A stretch of 64,000 bases of DNA from an uncultured delta proteobacterium (GCA_963790475.1 CAWBOS010000012.1:64001-128000); one strand, 5' to 3'. Counted from the stretch's first letter, positions 9,818 through 20,093 are shown. Notes: a model not told the origin generated them from the letters alone. A program made the numbers and translations.

Positions 9818-10082
9818 GCCCTCTCCTCCAGGATATCCCTTATTTTTGTGGTCAGTTCAAAGAAGGCCGGCTGGTTGCGGTATCCGACCTTGCCTGTACA
9901 TTAAGGCCCTGTTCCCTGAAAAATCCTTTTTCAGCGGCAACGAAAAGAGGAAGGGATTGAAGAACCGGAATTGTGCCGAACTGAATGGACGGCAATTTCT
10001 CGGAGGTCGAAGCATAGCCGAAGATTGAAATGAAAAACGAACAGAAGAGAGCAGTAACGGTAAAGGGTTTTAGAAATCTCAT
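9814..10082 (-). pseudogene. Deletion chimera: N terminus of a NitT/TauT substrate-binding protein joined to the C-terminal tail of an ABC ATPase
   Basis: Signal peptide and PLFVAAEKGFFREQGLNV, then in another frame GKVGYRNQPAFFELTTKIRDILEERA-stop with a GTGA overlap into the permease. Junction near 9895. Confidence 0.7.
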
Positions 10083-10176
10083 GAAGATCATTCCTACCAG
10101 GGTTTGATGATAACATCTTATAAATATCATTACAATTTTCAAGCTTTGAAAATAAATTTAATAACTTTTCCTTAAT

Positions 10177-10209
10177 AAAAAAGGCCATTTCCAATCATGG
10201 GAAATGGCC
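10177..10209 (-). terminator. Intrinsic terminator after acsE
   Basis: GGCCATTTCC/GGAAATGGCC stem followed by T6 on the minus strand. Confidence 0.8.
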
Positions 10210-10238
10210 CTGAAGAATTTTATCGGTCTATCGGTTGG

Positions 10239-11117
10239 TTAGATTTCCAGCCAGGAATCGGAAAAGAGGGTTTGGCCCAGGATAACCTTGGCCGTCTTCA
10301 CATAGTCTTGCATCTCCTTGGACAAACAGCCCATTTCAAAGTTTTCCCCGTCCATGACCTTGTGAACGATATCGACGATATCCTGACGATTGCCCCGGGC
10401 GATATCCAGTATTTTTTCATCAAACGCATCCACGATACAGGAATACATACCATTACGTTCCAGCATGATCATATAGGTTTGATTCAAGATGGGCCGCAGA
10501 TGGTCCGGGGGCCCGTTGGAAACGTTGGACAATCCGCAGGTGGACTTGGCCCCCGGAGCGATGTCCTGAAGCATGCTCATAAAGGTCAGAGTGCTCATCA
10601 ATTGCTGCTGCTGGATGTTGACCGGGGTGATAATAGGATCGACAAAGATGTCTTCATTGGGAATCCCGCCTTCATTCGCGGCATACAAGAGCTCGGCGGC
10701 GAGGGCCCCGCGTTCATTTTCATCCCGGGGTAATCCTTCGGGTCCCCACAACAGGGCGATCATACAGGCCTCGTATTGTTTACAAATGGGGATCATGGCC
10801 GTATAGCGTTCCGGCCGGGCCATAATGGAATTGATAATAGCCTTGCCCTTGTGGACCTTAAGGCCGGCCTCGATGGCGTCGATGTTGGAAGTATCCAGGG
10901 CCAGGGGGATATCGGTGACCTCCTGAACGATCTTAACCACCCAGGGCATCAGTTCTGCGCCGTCTTTTCTGGCCGGTCCCAGGTTGATATCGATAAAATC
11001 CACCTTGGCGGCGGCCAGTTTCTCAGCCATCTCTCGAATGGGCTTGGGGTCTCTTTCTTTGAAGGCGCGGCCGATTCCCTTGTTGATGACATTAAGATTT
11101 TCTCCAATGGTAAGCAT
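10239..11117 (-). CDS. acsE: Methyltetrahydrofolate:corrinoid Fe-S protein methyltransferase
   Basis: Pterin-binding fold (IGENLN, DINLG, LDTSN, INSI, GLSNVSNG); last gene of the acs operon. Confidence 0.92.
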   Translation of the reverse strand: MLTIGENLNVINKGIGRAFKERDPKPIREMAEKLAAAKVDFIDINLGPARKDGAELMPWVVKIVQEVTDIPLALDTSNIDAIEAGLKVHKGKAIINSIMARPERYTAMIPICKQYEACMIALLWGPEGLPRDENERGALAAELLYAANEGGIPNEDIFVDPIITPVNIQQQQLMSTLTFMSMLQDIAPGAKSTCGLSNVSNGPPDHLRPILNQTYMIMLERNGMYSCIVDAFDEKILDIARGNRQDIVDIVHKVMDGENFEMGCLSKEMQDYVKTAKVILGQTLFSDSWLEI

Positions 11118-11196
11118 AGTATTCTCCTTTTAAAAGATTGTGACGAGTGACGGGTATCGAGAAAAAAACTTTTCTTCCGCTCCTTGTTCCTCGCTA

Positions 11197-12540
11197 CTAC
11201 TTAAGCTCTCTAAGAAACTTGGGAATATGGGCTGCTTCTCTGGGACCGACCTTGATCGTCCAGCCCGGCAATTCCTCTTCCAGATCCCCGGCAATAGACG
11301 CCGCATACCCGGGAATAATCAGGTTGCGATGTTTGACTTTATCAGCGATCCCGCTTTTTTTAATAAAAATCCCAACGGCGTCTCCGACGAATTTACCGGC
11401 CGCCCAGGCGGTCATGACCGACAGGCCTTCGGTATCCATGATGCACAACCAGGTGGGAATCCGGCTGCTCTCAATTTCACCGGAAACGATAAAGTAAGTG
11501 AGGGAGAAATTGGAGGTGACACAGACCGGGGAGTTTTCGTCCGGTCCATTAATCTCATAGATCCCCTGGGTCACAGTCATGGGCCGCTGCGGATCGGTAT
11601 AAATATTTAACCGTTCCAACAGAAGGGGAAAGATGGACTCGCCTTCAAAATCGGAAAAGACCACCAACCCGCCGTACTTGGCTACCATCACCGCCCCCAT
11701 CAGGGTCTCCATTTCCAGGTCCTTGGCCATTTCAAAAGGCAGGCAGATGGTGGGAAAGCCGAGGCCTTTTTCTTTTCCCGAAAGGGCCGCCCGTCGGATG
11801 GCGATTTGATCTTCAAAAACCTGTTTGATGCCCCTGGACCCGGAATCCAGGACCAGGTCCTTTAAACCGGCCTTGGTCAGATTATCGGTCAGGGCAATCA
11901 ATCCGGCCAATCCGTCCCCTTTGACGGCCAGAGGGCAACTGGCCTCTTTGGCCAAATCGGCCATGGCCTGCCAGTTATCCTTGGTTGCGGCATAGAGCAG
12001 GGGCTTCCCTCCGGGACAGGCCGCAAGACCCTCTTTCAGGACTTCAGGCTTTTCACTCATTAATATTAAACTAAAATTGCTGGTATCAAAAACCTGTTGG
12101 ACGGTCTTTTTGAATTTTCCGGCATCCCCGGTCATATCCTTAATAGCCACCATTTCAGGCCGTAAGTTCAAGCCGACCCGTTCATACTGGTAGGTGTCCC
12201 ACTTCCTGAGCTTGCCCGAGACGACATCCTGCGCCATATCAGTAGTCAGCAATGCTGCAAAACCGGTAGGATTAAAAAAGGTCTTTTCATGCCGGAACAG
12301 GACCGTCTCTCCTCCGGTCTTGACCGAATGGTCGCCGGCCCCGATAGTCAATGGGCGGATGGGCGGGGCCGAGGCCTCGGCCAGTTGTGCTTTAGCTTCC
12401 TCGGAAACATAGGGGCAGGAGGCCAGTTCGGCCTTGCCGGAAGCCAGATTCATGGCAAAGGCCAAGCAGGTCGGCACTCCGCAATCCCCGCAGTTGGTCT
12501 TGGGCAGCAGCTTGAAGATTTGAATTCCTGTTAATGCCAT
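11197..12540 (-). CDS. acsC: Corrinoid Fe-S protein large subunit
   Basis: LPKTNCGDCGVPTCLAFA, YTDPQRP, NFSLTY, AWAAGKF. Confidence 0.97.
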   Translation of the reverse strand: MALTGIQIFKLLPKTNCGDCGVPTCLAFAMNLASGKAELASCPYVSEEAKAQLAEASAPPIRPLTIGAGDHSVKTGGETVLFRHEKTFFNPTGFAALLTTDMAQDVVSGKLRKWDTYQYERVGLNLRPEMVAIKDMTGDAGKFKKTVQQVFDTSNFSLILMSEKPEVLKEGLAACPGGKPLLYAATKDNWQAMADLAKEASCPLAVKGDGLAGLIALTDNLTKAGLKDLVLDSGSRGIKQVFEDQIAIRRAALSGKEKGLGFPTICLPFEMAKDLEMETLMGAVMVAKYGGLVVFSDFEGESIFPLLLERLNIYTDPQRPMTVTQGIYEINGPDENSPVCVTSNFSLTYFIVSGEIESSRIPTWLCIMDTEGLSVMTAWAAGKFVGDAVGIFIKKSGIADKVKHRNLIIPGYAASIAGDLEEELPGWTIKVGPREAAHIPKFLRELK

Positions 12541-12623
12541 GCTTATCTCCTTAATCGCATATAATATTTTTTAACGCTCTTTTTTGTTAGTGATAAGAGC
12601 GCTGTAACAATCGATTAAAAATC

Positions 12624-12678
12624 AGGTACAAGGTCCAAGGTAAACCTTAAACCTTGAACCTTGTACCTTATACCTTAT
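12624..12678. repeat. Heptamer tandem repeats in inverted arrangement
   Basis: AGGTACA AGGTCCA AGGTAA followed by ACCTTAA ACCTTGA ACCTTGT ACCTTAT ACCTTAT. Confidence 0.8.
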
Positions 12679-12692
12679 ATCGGTTTTCGGGT

Positions 12693-14906
12693 TTATCCTA
12701 CAATCGATTCCATGGACAAGGCCGGGTGGCCTTTTTCCTGAAGCCAGGGCATGATCTCATCTTCAGTCATGCCGACAGTTTCGTCAGCGATCATGTCGAC
12801 CAGGTTGGGATAGCCCATCTCTTCACCCCGTTTAATCAATCGATCACGAAGCTCTTCTTTGAGCTGCTTGGGCATCCAGACCATACGGAGCAGACCGCCG
12901 TCCCCGACGATAAATTTCCTTTGGGTGATGTTATACTTGCTGTGGCCAACAAAACCGGGCGAAGAGGCCCCGCCGCCCATGACGCCGGCCAGGGTGGTGA
13001 ACTTCATCCCCGAGGGGGTCATGCCCGTATAATCCCTGTTGACAGTCATAACTCCGTTACAGGTCGGTAGAACGGCCGCAATACATTCGCAGCAGCCGCA
13101 GGTAGTCATGGGATCATAGACCAGGCTGTAGAAGTTATAACCTTCCACCTTTTGGCGGGAGGCTTTATAGACGAAATCATTGACCCCTTTCCATTGGCCC
13201 AGCTTGGGATCCAGACACTCCCCTTTTTGGACCGGCTGGTTTGGCCCGGTGGGATTGATCTCAAAAGAGGCCTTGCAGTCCATCCAGTTATAGGCCCCGC
13301 AAAGGCCGGTCCGCTCCGGGCTGACCATACAGACATGGTTGGGGGCGAAGGACTGGCACAGAGTGCAGGAATAATAGGTTTCCACACTCTCGTCGGTCAT
13401 CTTCTCCACCCGCTCATCACGGGTCCGGTAAATCGCCCGTGCCTTCTTGGTCAATTTATCCACATCTTCCTTTTTGGTATATAAGGTCACCTGGACCTTA
13501 TCGAGAATGGCCCCGAAATCCTGATGAAATTTGGCATGGAGGATGACCCCGATATCTTTCAGGGTGAATCCTTTCTGGATTGCCGGTTCACCTACGCGGA
13601 CCCAGGCGATATCTCTCTGCCCGATGTGCATGACACCCTGGGCATAGTTGATCAGGTGATGGATCTGTCGCTCCAGGATCGGTTCAAAATCTTCCTGGAA
13701 CTGACGGCCGGCTACCTGGACCAGGATACCCAAAGGCAGGCGATCCCCTTTTTTGATATCGCCCACATCCGGACCGACGACCTCCACCTTACCGTCTTCG
13801 ATGGCGTTCATATCGGCCATTTGGACCAGCTCGGTAGCTTGGGTCTTCCCACCGCCCATCTCCAGGTACAGGTCCTCTTTGCGGACCCGTTCCCCTTCAA
13901 AAGCCGGACCATAGGCCAGGGGGATGTCAATACTGCTTACTGTGACCTTGAGGCCCCGGATCTCGATGGATCTTTGGGGCATTTCTCTATGACCAACATT
14001 GGCCACCACGTGTTCGTAGGTGCAGACCCCGGTCGGCAGAATTTCAGGGATGTCCGTATCGGCGATGGTCGGGAAGCCCCAGTTCACGCAACCGGCGGCA
14101 TTGGCCGCCCATTCGGCTCCGACATCGCCCAAGGCGTTGACAAAGGCAAAGATACGATCCTTGTTGTATAACAACATTTTTTTATAATCGCCTGGTTTGA
14201 TCCCACCGAAGGCCATGGCCGCCCGGTTGGCAAATCCCAGGGCGAAGACGGCGGCCGAAATGTCCGGCCCAAAGGGGACCAGACGGGTATTCCAGCCGAT
14301 CTGAACCCCGGCTTCCAAAAGCTGTTCGGAAAAAGTGGTGCCGTTCTGGTTGGCACACATGAAGACATAGAGGTTCTTTTTCTGATATTCCTCGGCGATC
14401 CACTTGGCCGTTTCCGGATCCGGGGCCGCTCCGACGATGGCGGCAAACCCGGGGGCCGTACCATCGACGAATTCTACCCCCCGTTTTCGGAAGACAGTAT
14501 CCTCGGCTGCACCCAGCCAGATCTTGCCGGAGGCCTCATCGATATCCTCACTGACCAAATAGAAATTGGGATCTTCGAGATAGCGGATGACTTCCGAGAT
14601 CTCCTCGGCAAAAAGGGTGGCCATCCCGGCATCAAGTAAGGGCCCCAAGTAGGGTAAGTGATACATATTCTTGACGTGGGCCGGAAGGAGTTTTCTGGCT
14701 ACCTCCATGGGTTTCTTGGCATCTCCCAGGGTTTTTACCGGAATCCCCAAAATGGAATAGATGATCGGCAGATAATAAGCGGTATTGGGAAACTCGATCT
14801 TCTGATCCGGCCCGTATTTGTCCAGGGCCTTTTTCAAAGTGCCCTCCCCTTTAGAAACGATATTGTATGCGCCCTGAATGGCGGCAAAAGCAACTAACTT
14901 AGACAT
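12693..14906 (-). CDS. acsB: Acetyl-CoA synthase
   Basis: A-cluster ligands CTLCQSFAPNHVC, GLCGA, PMTTCGCCEC. Confidence 0.97.
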   Translation of the reverse strand: MSKLVAFAAIQGAYNIVSKGEGTLKKALDKYGPDQKIEFPNTAYYLPIIYSILGIPVKTLGDAKKPMEVARKLLPAHVKNMYHLPYLGPLLDAGMATLFAEEISEVIRYLEDPNFYLVSEDIDEASGKIWLGAAEDTVFRKRGVEFVDGTAPGFAAIVGAAPDPETAKWIAEEYQKKNLYVFMCANQNGTTFSEQLLEAGVQIGWNTRLVPFGPDISAAVFALGFANRAAMAFGGIKPGDYKKMLLYNKDRIFAFVNALGDVGAEWAANAAGCVNWGFPTIADTDIPEILPTGVCTYEHVVANVGHREMPQRSIEIRGLKVTVSSIDIPLAYGPAFEGERVRKEDLYLEMGGGKTQATELVQMADMNAIEDGKVEVVGPDVGDIKKGDRLPLGILVQVAGRQFQEDFEPILERQIHHLINYAQGVMHIGQRDIAWVRVGEPAIQKGFTLKDIGVILHAKFHQDFGAILDKVQVTLYTKKEDVDKLTKKARAIYRTRDERVEKMTDESVETYYSCTLCQSFAPNHVCMVSPERTGLCGAYNWMDCKASFEINPTGPNQPVQKGECLDPKLGQWKGVNDFVYKASRQKVEGYNFYSLVYDPMTTCGCCECIAAVLPTCNGVMTVNRDYTGMTPSGMKFTTLAGVMGGGASSPGFVGHSKYNITQRKFIVGDGGLLRMVWMPKQLKEELRDRLIKRGEEMGYPNLVDMIADETVGMTEDEIMPWLQEKGHPALSMESIVG

Positions 14907-14948
14907 GGAACAAGTTCCTCCTTTCTTAAGAGGTCATTTAAATATAAA

Positions 14949-16991
14949 TTAAACCGCTTCCAGCTTCTGCCGGTCGGCCATATCCATAAGCACACGCTCC
15001 CGGGCCTTATCAATCCCCAGGGCCTTGCGTTTGGCGTCAATGTGGGCAATCATCCTGTGGGCCATTTCATAGGGGTCTTCAACCAGATCCCATTTGCCGC
15101 CCAAGACATTTTCCATCCCGCTGAATAAATAATCTTTGAAGACCGGAGATCCTTCCACCGGCAAAGTAACCCCAAAGACCGTATAGACTCCGGAAGCCAC
15201 AAAATATTGACCAATGGAAATGGCCTTTTCACTCATCCATTCCGGGGCGCACCCGGCGGCCGGCAGATCGCTGATGTCATTCCCCAAGCCCCCGGCCTTG
15301 ACCACTTCGGTGGCGGCCATCAGTATCCGGCTGTTATCCACGCAGGAGCCCATGTGCAATACCGGTGGGATACCCACAGTCTCGCAGACTTCGGCCAGTC
15401 CAGGGCCACAAAAGACCTTGGCCGATTCAGGAGAGAGTAATCCGGCCTTGCCGCAGGCCATGGCGTTACAACCTGTGGTCAGGACGATGACATCGTTTTT
15501 CAAAAGTTCCTTGACGACAATTAAATGAGCGCTATCGTGCATGGTCCGGGCATTATTGCAGCCCACCACACCACCGATGCCGCGGATACGGCCATTAATG
15601 ATGTTATCATTTAACGGCGTATACGACCCCCGGAATGTTCCTCCCAAATGGTAGTTGATGGCCTCATAACTGAATCCGACCACCATCTTTTCTTTTTCCT
15701 TGGGGATCAGCACCTCGGCTCTTCGATTGGGGAAGTTATCCACAGCGGTCTTGACGATCCGTTTGGCATCTTCCAGGGCATGATGCTCGTCAAACTGGAT
15801 ATGAACCGTATCCCCGGACTTCATCTTGGCCCGGGTGTTGGTGGTGATCATCTTGGTATGGTAGCAGGTAGCGACATTGGCCAGATTTTCCATGATGCAT
15901 TGGACATCGACCACCATGGCATCCACGGCCCCGGTGATGATAGCCAGTTCCTGCTGTAAATAATTACCGGCGATGGGCATACCATGACGGACCAGAATCT
16001 CGTTGGCCGTACAGCACATCCCGGCCAGGACAATGCCTTTGGCCCCTTTGGAGGCGGCATACTGAAGCATCTCCGGGTCCTGAGAGGCTACCACGATCAT
16101 CTCGGAAAGGAGGGGCTCATGACCATGGACAATGATATTGACGTGGTCTTTCTTCAAAACCCCCAGATTGATTTCCCCCTGGATCGGATAGGGGGTCCCA
16201 AAGAGGACATCCTGCATATCCGTGGCGATCATGGAACCGCCCCAACCATCGGCCAAAGCCGCCCGGGAGCCTTGTTTCATCAGGTTTTCATAGTCCTGAT
16301 CCACCCCCATGTGGGTGCGGTGCATGATCTCGACGATCTCCCGGTCAATGCCCCTGGGAACGATATCTAATTTTTTCCAAAGGTCATAGCGTGCCTTGGG
16401 GGCCCGTTTGGCATAATAAATCTCGCCTTCCTGCTTGCCCCATTCTGCCAAAGCCTTTTCGCCGACTTCAGCAGCGATATCATAAATATCGCGGTCTTTT
16501 TCTTCGCCATCGACGGTAACGGTTGTGGCGACATTAAAATCCACTGCAATTTCTTTTAATTTATTCTCATCCTTAATGGCATAATCATGAGTTTGTTTGC
16601 GGGCTGCAGCCAGAAAAACCTCGGCCACGCCCCGGCCGTGATCGGAGTGGGCGGCAGCGCCGGCGGCGATCATGCGGACAAAATTTCGGGCGGCAATGGT
16701 TTCCGGGGTGGCCCCACAAAGGCCCATGCGGTTATCCTTCCCCTCCAAATCTTTCTTGGTCAGGGGCAGGCGGCAAGGGCCCTGGGAACAATTTTTACAA
16801 CAGGTCCCCTGAATCCCTATGTTACAGGGTTTCATGGTTTCGGCCCGGTCAAAGATCGTTTCCACCCCATCCTTCTGGGCTTTATAAAGCATCTGTATGG
16901 TGGCCGAATCAACGCTCTTGTCTTCGGGTTTGATTTTTTTCTTTTCTTTTTCCACAACCTTCAAAGTCTCTTTGGCTTCTTCTGATGCCAT
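14949..16991 (-). CDS. cooS: Ni-dependent carbon monoxide dehydrogenase
   Basis: CCKNCSQGPC, AAHSDHGR, HGHEP, GMCCTANE, GSCVDNSR, PEWMSEKA. Confidence 0.97.
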   Translation of the reverse strand: MASEEAKETLKVVEKEKKKIKPEDKSVDSATIQMLYKAQKDGVETIFDRAETMKPCNIGIQGTCCKNCSQGPCRLPLTKKDLEGKDNRMGLCGATPETIAARNFVRMIAAGAAAHSDHGRGVAEVFLAAARKQTHDYAIKDENKLKEIAVDFNVATTVTVDGEEKDRDIYDIAAEVGEKALAEWGKQEGEIYYAKRAPKARYDLWKKLDIVPRGIDREIVEIMHRTHMGVDQDYENLMKQGSRAALADGWGGSMIATDMQDVLFGTPYPIQGEINLGVLKKDHVNIIVHGHEPLLSEMIVVASQDPEMLQYAASKGAKGIVLAGMCCTANEILVRHGMPIAGNYLQQELAIITGAVDAMVVDVQCIMENLANVATCYHTKMITTNTRAKMKSGDTVHIQFDEHHALEDAKRIVKTAVDNFPNRRAEVLIPKEKEKMVVGFSYEAINYHLGGTFRGSYTPLNDNIINGRIRGIGGVVGCNNARTMHDSAHLIVVKELLKNDVIVLTTGCNAMACGKAGLLSPESAKVFCGPGLAEVCETVGIPPVLHMGSCVDNSRILMAATEVVKAGGLGNDISDLPAAGCAPEWMSEKAISIGQYFVASGVYTVFGVTLPVEGSPVFKDYLFSGMENVLGGKWDLVEDPYEMAHRMIAHIDAKRKALGIDKARERVLMDMADRQKLEAV

Positions 16992-17122
16992 GGTTATTCC
17001 TCCTTGTTCTACCAGCCTTTTCAGGCTGCATTAAGGTCTCTGGTTAAATGCCCCGTGGGGCTTATAGGCTATAAGGTTATTAGTTAAATGATTTCCTTTG
17101 GCTATTGCCTGTTGCTTATTTT

Positions 17123-18679
17123 CTAGCTTCGTTTATTGACCCTATTTACCTGGGCCAGCAGTTTATCCACTGGTGAAAGTTGAACTTCAGCAACCTTCAT
17201 TTCTTTTGGTCCTTCGGCGCAAACGGTCTCTGGTCCGCTTTCCCTCTTGACCCTTTCAGCAGCGCGGGCGGCTTGCAGGGCTTCCTCTTCGGCTTTAGCC
17301 TTGGCTTTGGCTTCATCCTTGGCCTTTTGTTCAGCCTCGACCTTAGTTTTGGCCTCGGCCTCGACCCTCGCCCTGGCCTCGGCTTCTGCCTTGGCCTTTG
17401 CCTCAGCCTCAACCTTCGCTTTGGCTTCGGCATCGGCTTTGGTTTTCGCTTCAGCTTCAGCCTTTATCCTGGCCTCTTCTTCGGCCGAAATCCTGGCTGG
17501 TTCTTCTACCTTCGGGGCTGCGGCCTTCGGGGCAGCCGGTTCGGCCTTCGGGGCCGGTTTGGCCGGAGCCGCTTTCGGAGCTGCTTCCTTGGCTTTGGCC
17601 GGAGCGGCCTTCTTTTCATCTTTGGCCGGTTCGGCGGCTGCAACGGCAGTCTTAACGATTTCCGGATATTCTCCTTGGGGTTTGACATTCAGAGCAGCCA
17701 GTTTGCCTGCCAGATCGGCCGGACTCAAATCCAGGTCCCCGGTAATCATCTGGTCTTTTAACCTGTTAACCAGTTTGACGGTCTCGGGATGTCTCAAAAT
17801 TAAAATGTCCGACCCGGCCAAAAGGTAAGATACTGCTCCAACTGATTCCATAAGGAACCCCCGTTTGGCCGCATCTCCTAAGGTAGGGGCTTCCTCGGCA
17901 GTCAGTTTGGCCTCCTTGGCCTTCCAGACCTCATTCCCGACATTGTTGATCATAGGATATTGGAGTTTTTCGTCTTCTTGAGCCAGGGCGGCCATGCGGA
18001 TCCGCTCCATCACCGAATAGGAGTACTCCAAACCGTATCCAAGCCCACCGGTGGTCGGATCGATAATGATTTTTTCTTTGGGGACCCCCAGGTTCTCCAA
18101 TAAGATGTTGAGCTGTTTTGCCAGGTTAACATCTATAGGGGTGGAGGCGATAATGGTATGATTATAACCAAGAGCTGAGGCCCCGATTTGCTTATGGTTC
18201 CCTTCTGCCACCGGCCCCAGGGTCAAATTCTCCCCTTGGCAGTCTTCGCTGATCTTTCTAAGGACTTCCGTGTCTTTCTTTTCATTTCCGGAGCCCCAGA
18301 CAATAACAGGGACTTTGACCGCTTTCAATACCTTCTTGACTACGGCCGAGGCCTCGTCCGGGCCTTTATCCAGCCCATTGGGATCGGTACTTTTAAGCTG
18401 AACGACAATGGCTTCAGCCCCAAATTCCTTTACACATTTTTTTGCCCAGGCCGCGGGATCAGTCAGGACATCGGCAAAAGGGCCTGTGGCGGCTTCCGGC
18501 CAGTCGTCCGGTTCCATATCCCAGACTTCCATAGCGATTTTGGGAGGATGAGGCATCTGTCCTTCAAACAAATGAAAGGGATAGGAAGTCTCCCCCCCGA
18601 CAGTGATGGGAGAAGCTTTTCCGATGGCAACCTCGTTTATTTTTCCTGAATAGGTGATTTTAGGTATTTCAAAGGCCAA
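17123..18679 (-). CDS. acsD: Corrinoid Fe-S protein small subunit with a long Ala/Lys/Glu/Pro-rich C-terminal extension
   Basis: [36 protein letters not shown]; TTG start with a GGAGG RBS. Confidence 0.93.
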   Translation of the reverse strand: MAFEIPKITYSGKINEVAIGKASPITVGGETSYPFHLFEGQMPHPPKIAMEVWDMEPDDWPEAATGPFADVLTDPAAWAKKCVKEFGAEAIVVQLKSTDPNGLDKGPDEASAVVKKVLKAVKVPVIVWGSGNEKKDTEVLRKISEDCQGENLTLGPVAEGNHKQIGASALGYNHTIIASTPIDVNLAKQLNILLENLGVPKEKIIIDPTTGGLGYGLEYSYSVMERIRMAALAQEDEKLQYPMINNVGNEVWKAKEAKLTAEEAPTLGDAAKRGFLMESVGAVSYLLAGSDILILRHPETVKLVNRLKDQMITGDLDLSPADLAGKLAALNVKPQGEYPEIVKTAVAAAEPAKDEKKAAPAKAKEAAPKAAPAKPAPKAEPAAPKAAAPKVEEPARISAEEEARIKAEAEAKTKADAEAKAKVEAEAKAKAEAEARARVEAEAKTKVEAEQKAKDEAKAKAKAEEEALQAARAAERVKRESGPETVCAEGPKEMKVAEVQLSPVDKLLAQVNRVNKRS

Positions 18680-18993
18680 TGGTTTTTCCTCCTTTTAAGA
18701 TTTTTAACAATATATTCATCGTTGATTAATTTGAAAAGCGGACTCTATCCTGTCCTCGTAAGAAGGTATGATAATGAGACGATCATGTAATAACCAGCAG
18801 GTTGATAATGTGGATTTTACTTCGCTTTACTCACATTCCTCAAAATAGGGACGGGGAATTTTTCGAATCCAACATGGTTGGTTAGATACCCCAAAGCAGG
18901 CAACAGGAGTTCTCTAAGGCAAAGTTTCGCTTTCTTAATCCTAAAGGAGAGAAGACCTGCGCTTGGCAGGGAATAAAAAAGCCAATCCTAATA

Positions 18994-19035
18994 ATGTGAA
19001 AATTATTACTTACTGGAATATAATGTTGTTGTCAA
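18994..19035 (-). promoter_or_regulatory. Candidate sigma70 promoter of the acs operon with a Rex-like box
   Basis: TTGACA at 19035-19030; ATGTGAAAATTATTACTT at 18994-19011 partly matches TTGTGAA-N4-TTCACAA. The -10 element is weak. Confidence 0.35.
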
Positions 19036-19079
19036 GAAAAAATAACCAAATAATTTGCATTCCATTTCCTTTTTGCAAG

Positions 19080-19099
19080 TACCCCCCCCGGGGGGAGTA
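19080..19099. promoter_or_regulatory. CsoR/RcnR-like C/G-tract operator
   Basis: TAC-C7-G6-AGTA in an AT-rich spacer between divergent genes. Confidence 0.35.
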
Positions 19100-19466
19100 T
19101 CTTCTTGCCCAAAAAACACCCCTGATTCTCAAATTATTTCCGGTAAATTCTTTTAATTATCTATAGGATAAATTACGTAGAATAAATGCCGGGGCAGGCT
19201 CAATGCGACCGCAACACGACCAAAGGAAGCTTTCATCCCTCTGGAATTTTTTTCCTTGTCGAAAGACTGTTTACGGTAGAACAAGGCATTATATTTGCAT
19301 TGACTTAGTATTAATTTTTCAAAATACAAGTCAAGAAAAAGGCCTGTTTTTTGAAACATATTAAAATCTCTATTAAAATATAAAAACAAACCTTGGTAGA
19401 CCTTAAAGCATATTCGGGCCGGGGGTCAAATTTTTGACCCACATCTGAAAAAGGAGACAATGAATT

Positions 19467-20093
19467 ATGGAAATACAACCCGCACGTAACAACATTGAAA
19501 TCCTGGATCTCAAAATCGAACGTTCCATCCAAGAAGCATCCAACAAGAGGACATCCAAAGACAGTTTTTCAGAACTACTGAAGGCCGACGTGGGAAAAAA
19601 AATGTCTCCGCCCGAGTCCATCGATAACAATCCCGTTGAATATATCGTTAAGCCAGGAGATTCCCTATGGAAAATAGGAAGGAAGTTTTCTAATAAAGAC
19701 CCCTATCAGATCGCCAAAGAAAACGGGATATCTAAGCCAAACCTAATTCAACCAGGGCAAAAATTAATGATTTATGCCGCTCCTCCCAATACTGTTCCGA
19801 CCCTGGAAAATAGGGAAGTGACCGCCAGTTGGTATGGCAAAGAGCATCATCATAAGATTACGGCCAGTGGCCAGCGCTATGATATGAACAAAAAAACCTT
19901 GGCCCATAAGAGCTTGCCTTTCGGTACCAAAGTCAGATTGGTCAATCCTGAAAACGGGAAGGCTGCCGAAGGGGTGGTCATTGATCGCGGACCGTATATC
20001 AAAGGACGGGATGTGGATATCTCGTATGCCCTGGCCAAACAACTCGGCTTCGTTAAAAAAGGGGTAACAAAGTTGAATATAGAAATTATGTAA
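19467..20093 (+). CDS. LysM + RlpA-like (DPBB) lytic transglycosylase
   Basis: LysM YIVKPGDSLWKI..N.I..PNLIQPGQKL; RlpA ASWYG, TASG, AHKSLPFGT, DRGPY. Confidence 0.88.
   Translation: MEIQPARNNIEILDLKIERSIQEASNKRTSKDSFSELLKADVGKKMSPPESIDNNPVEYIVKPGDSLWKIGRKFSNKDPYQIAKENGISKPNLIQPGQKLMIYAAPPNTVPTLENREVTASWYGKEHHHKITASGQRYDMNKKTLAHKSLPFGTKVRLVNPENGKAAEGVVIDRGPYIKGRDVDISYALAKQLGFVKKGVTKLNIEIM

Noticed and set aside
12624-12678. Repeats as a CRISPR array
   Set aside because: 7 bp units without spacers; no cas genes or CRISPR array seen in the window.
17180-17828. Ala/Ser- and Gly/Phe-rich plus-strand ORFs
   Set aside because: Antisense reading of the repetitive acsD tail.
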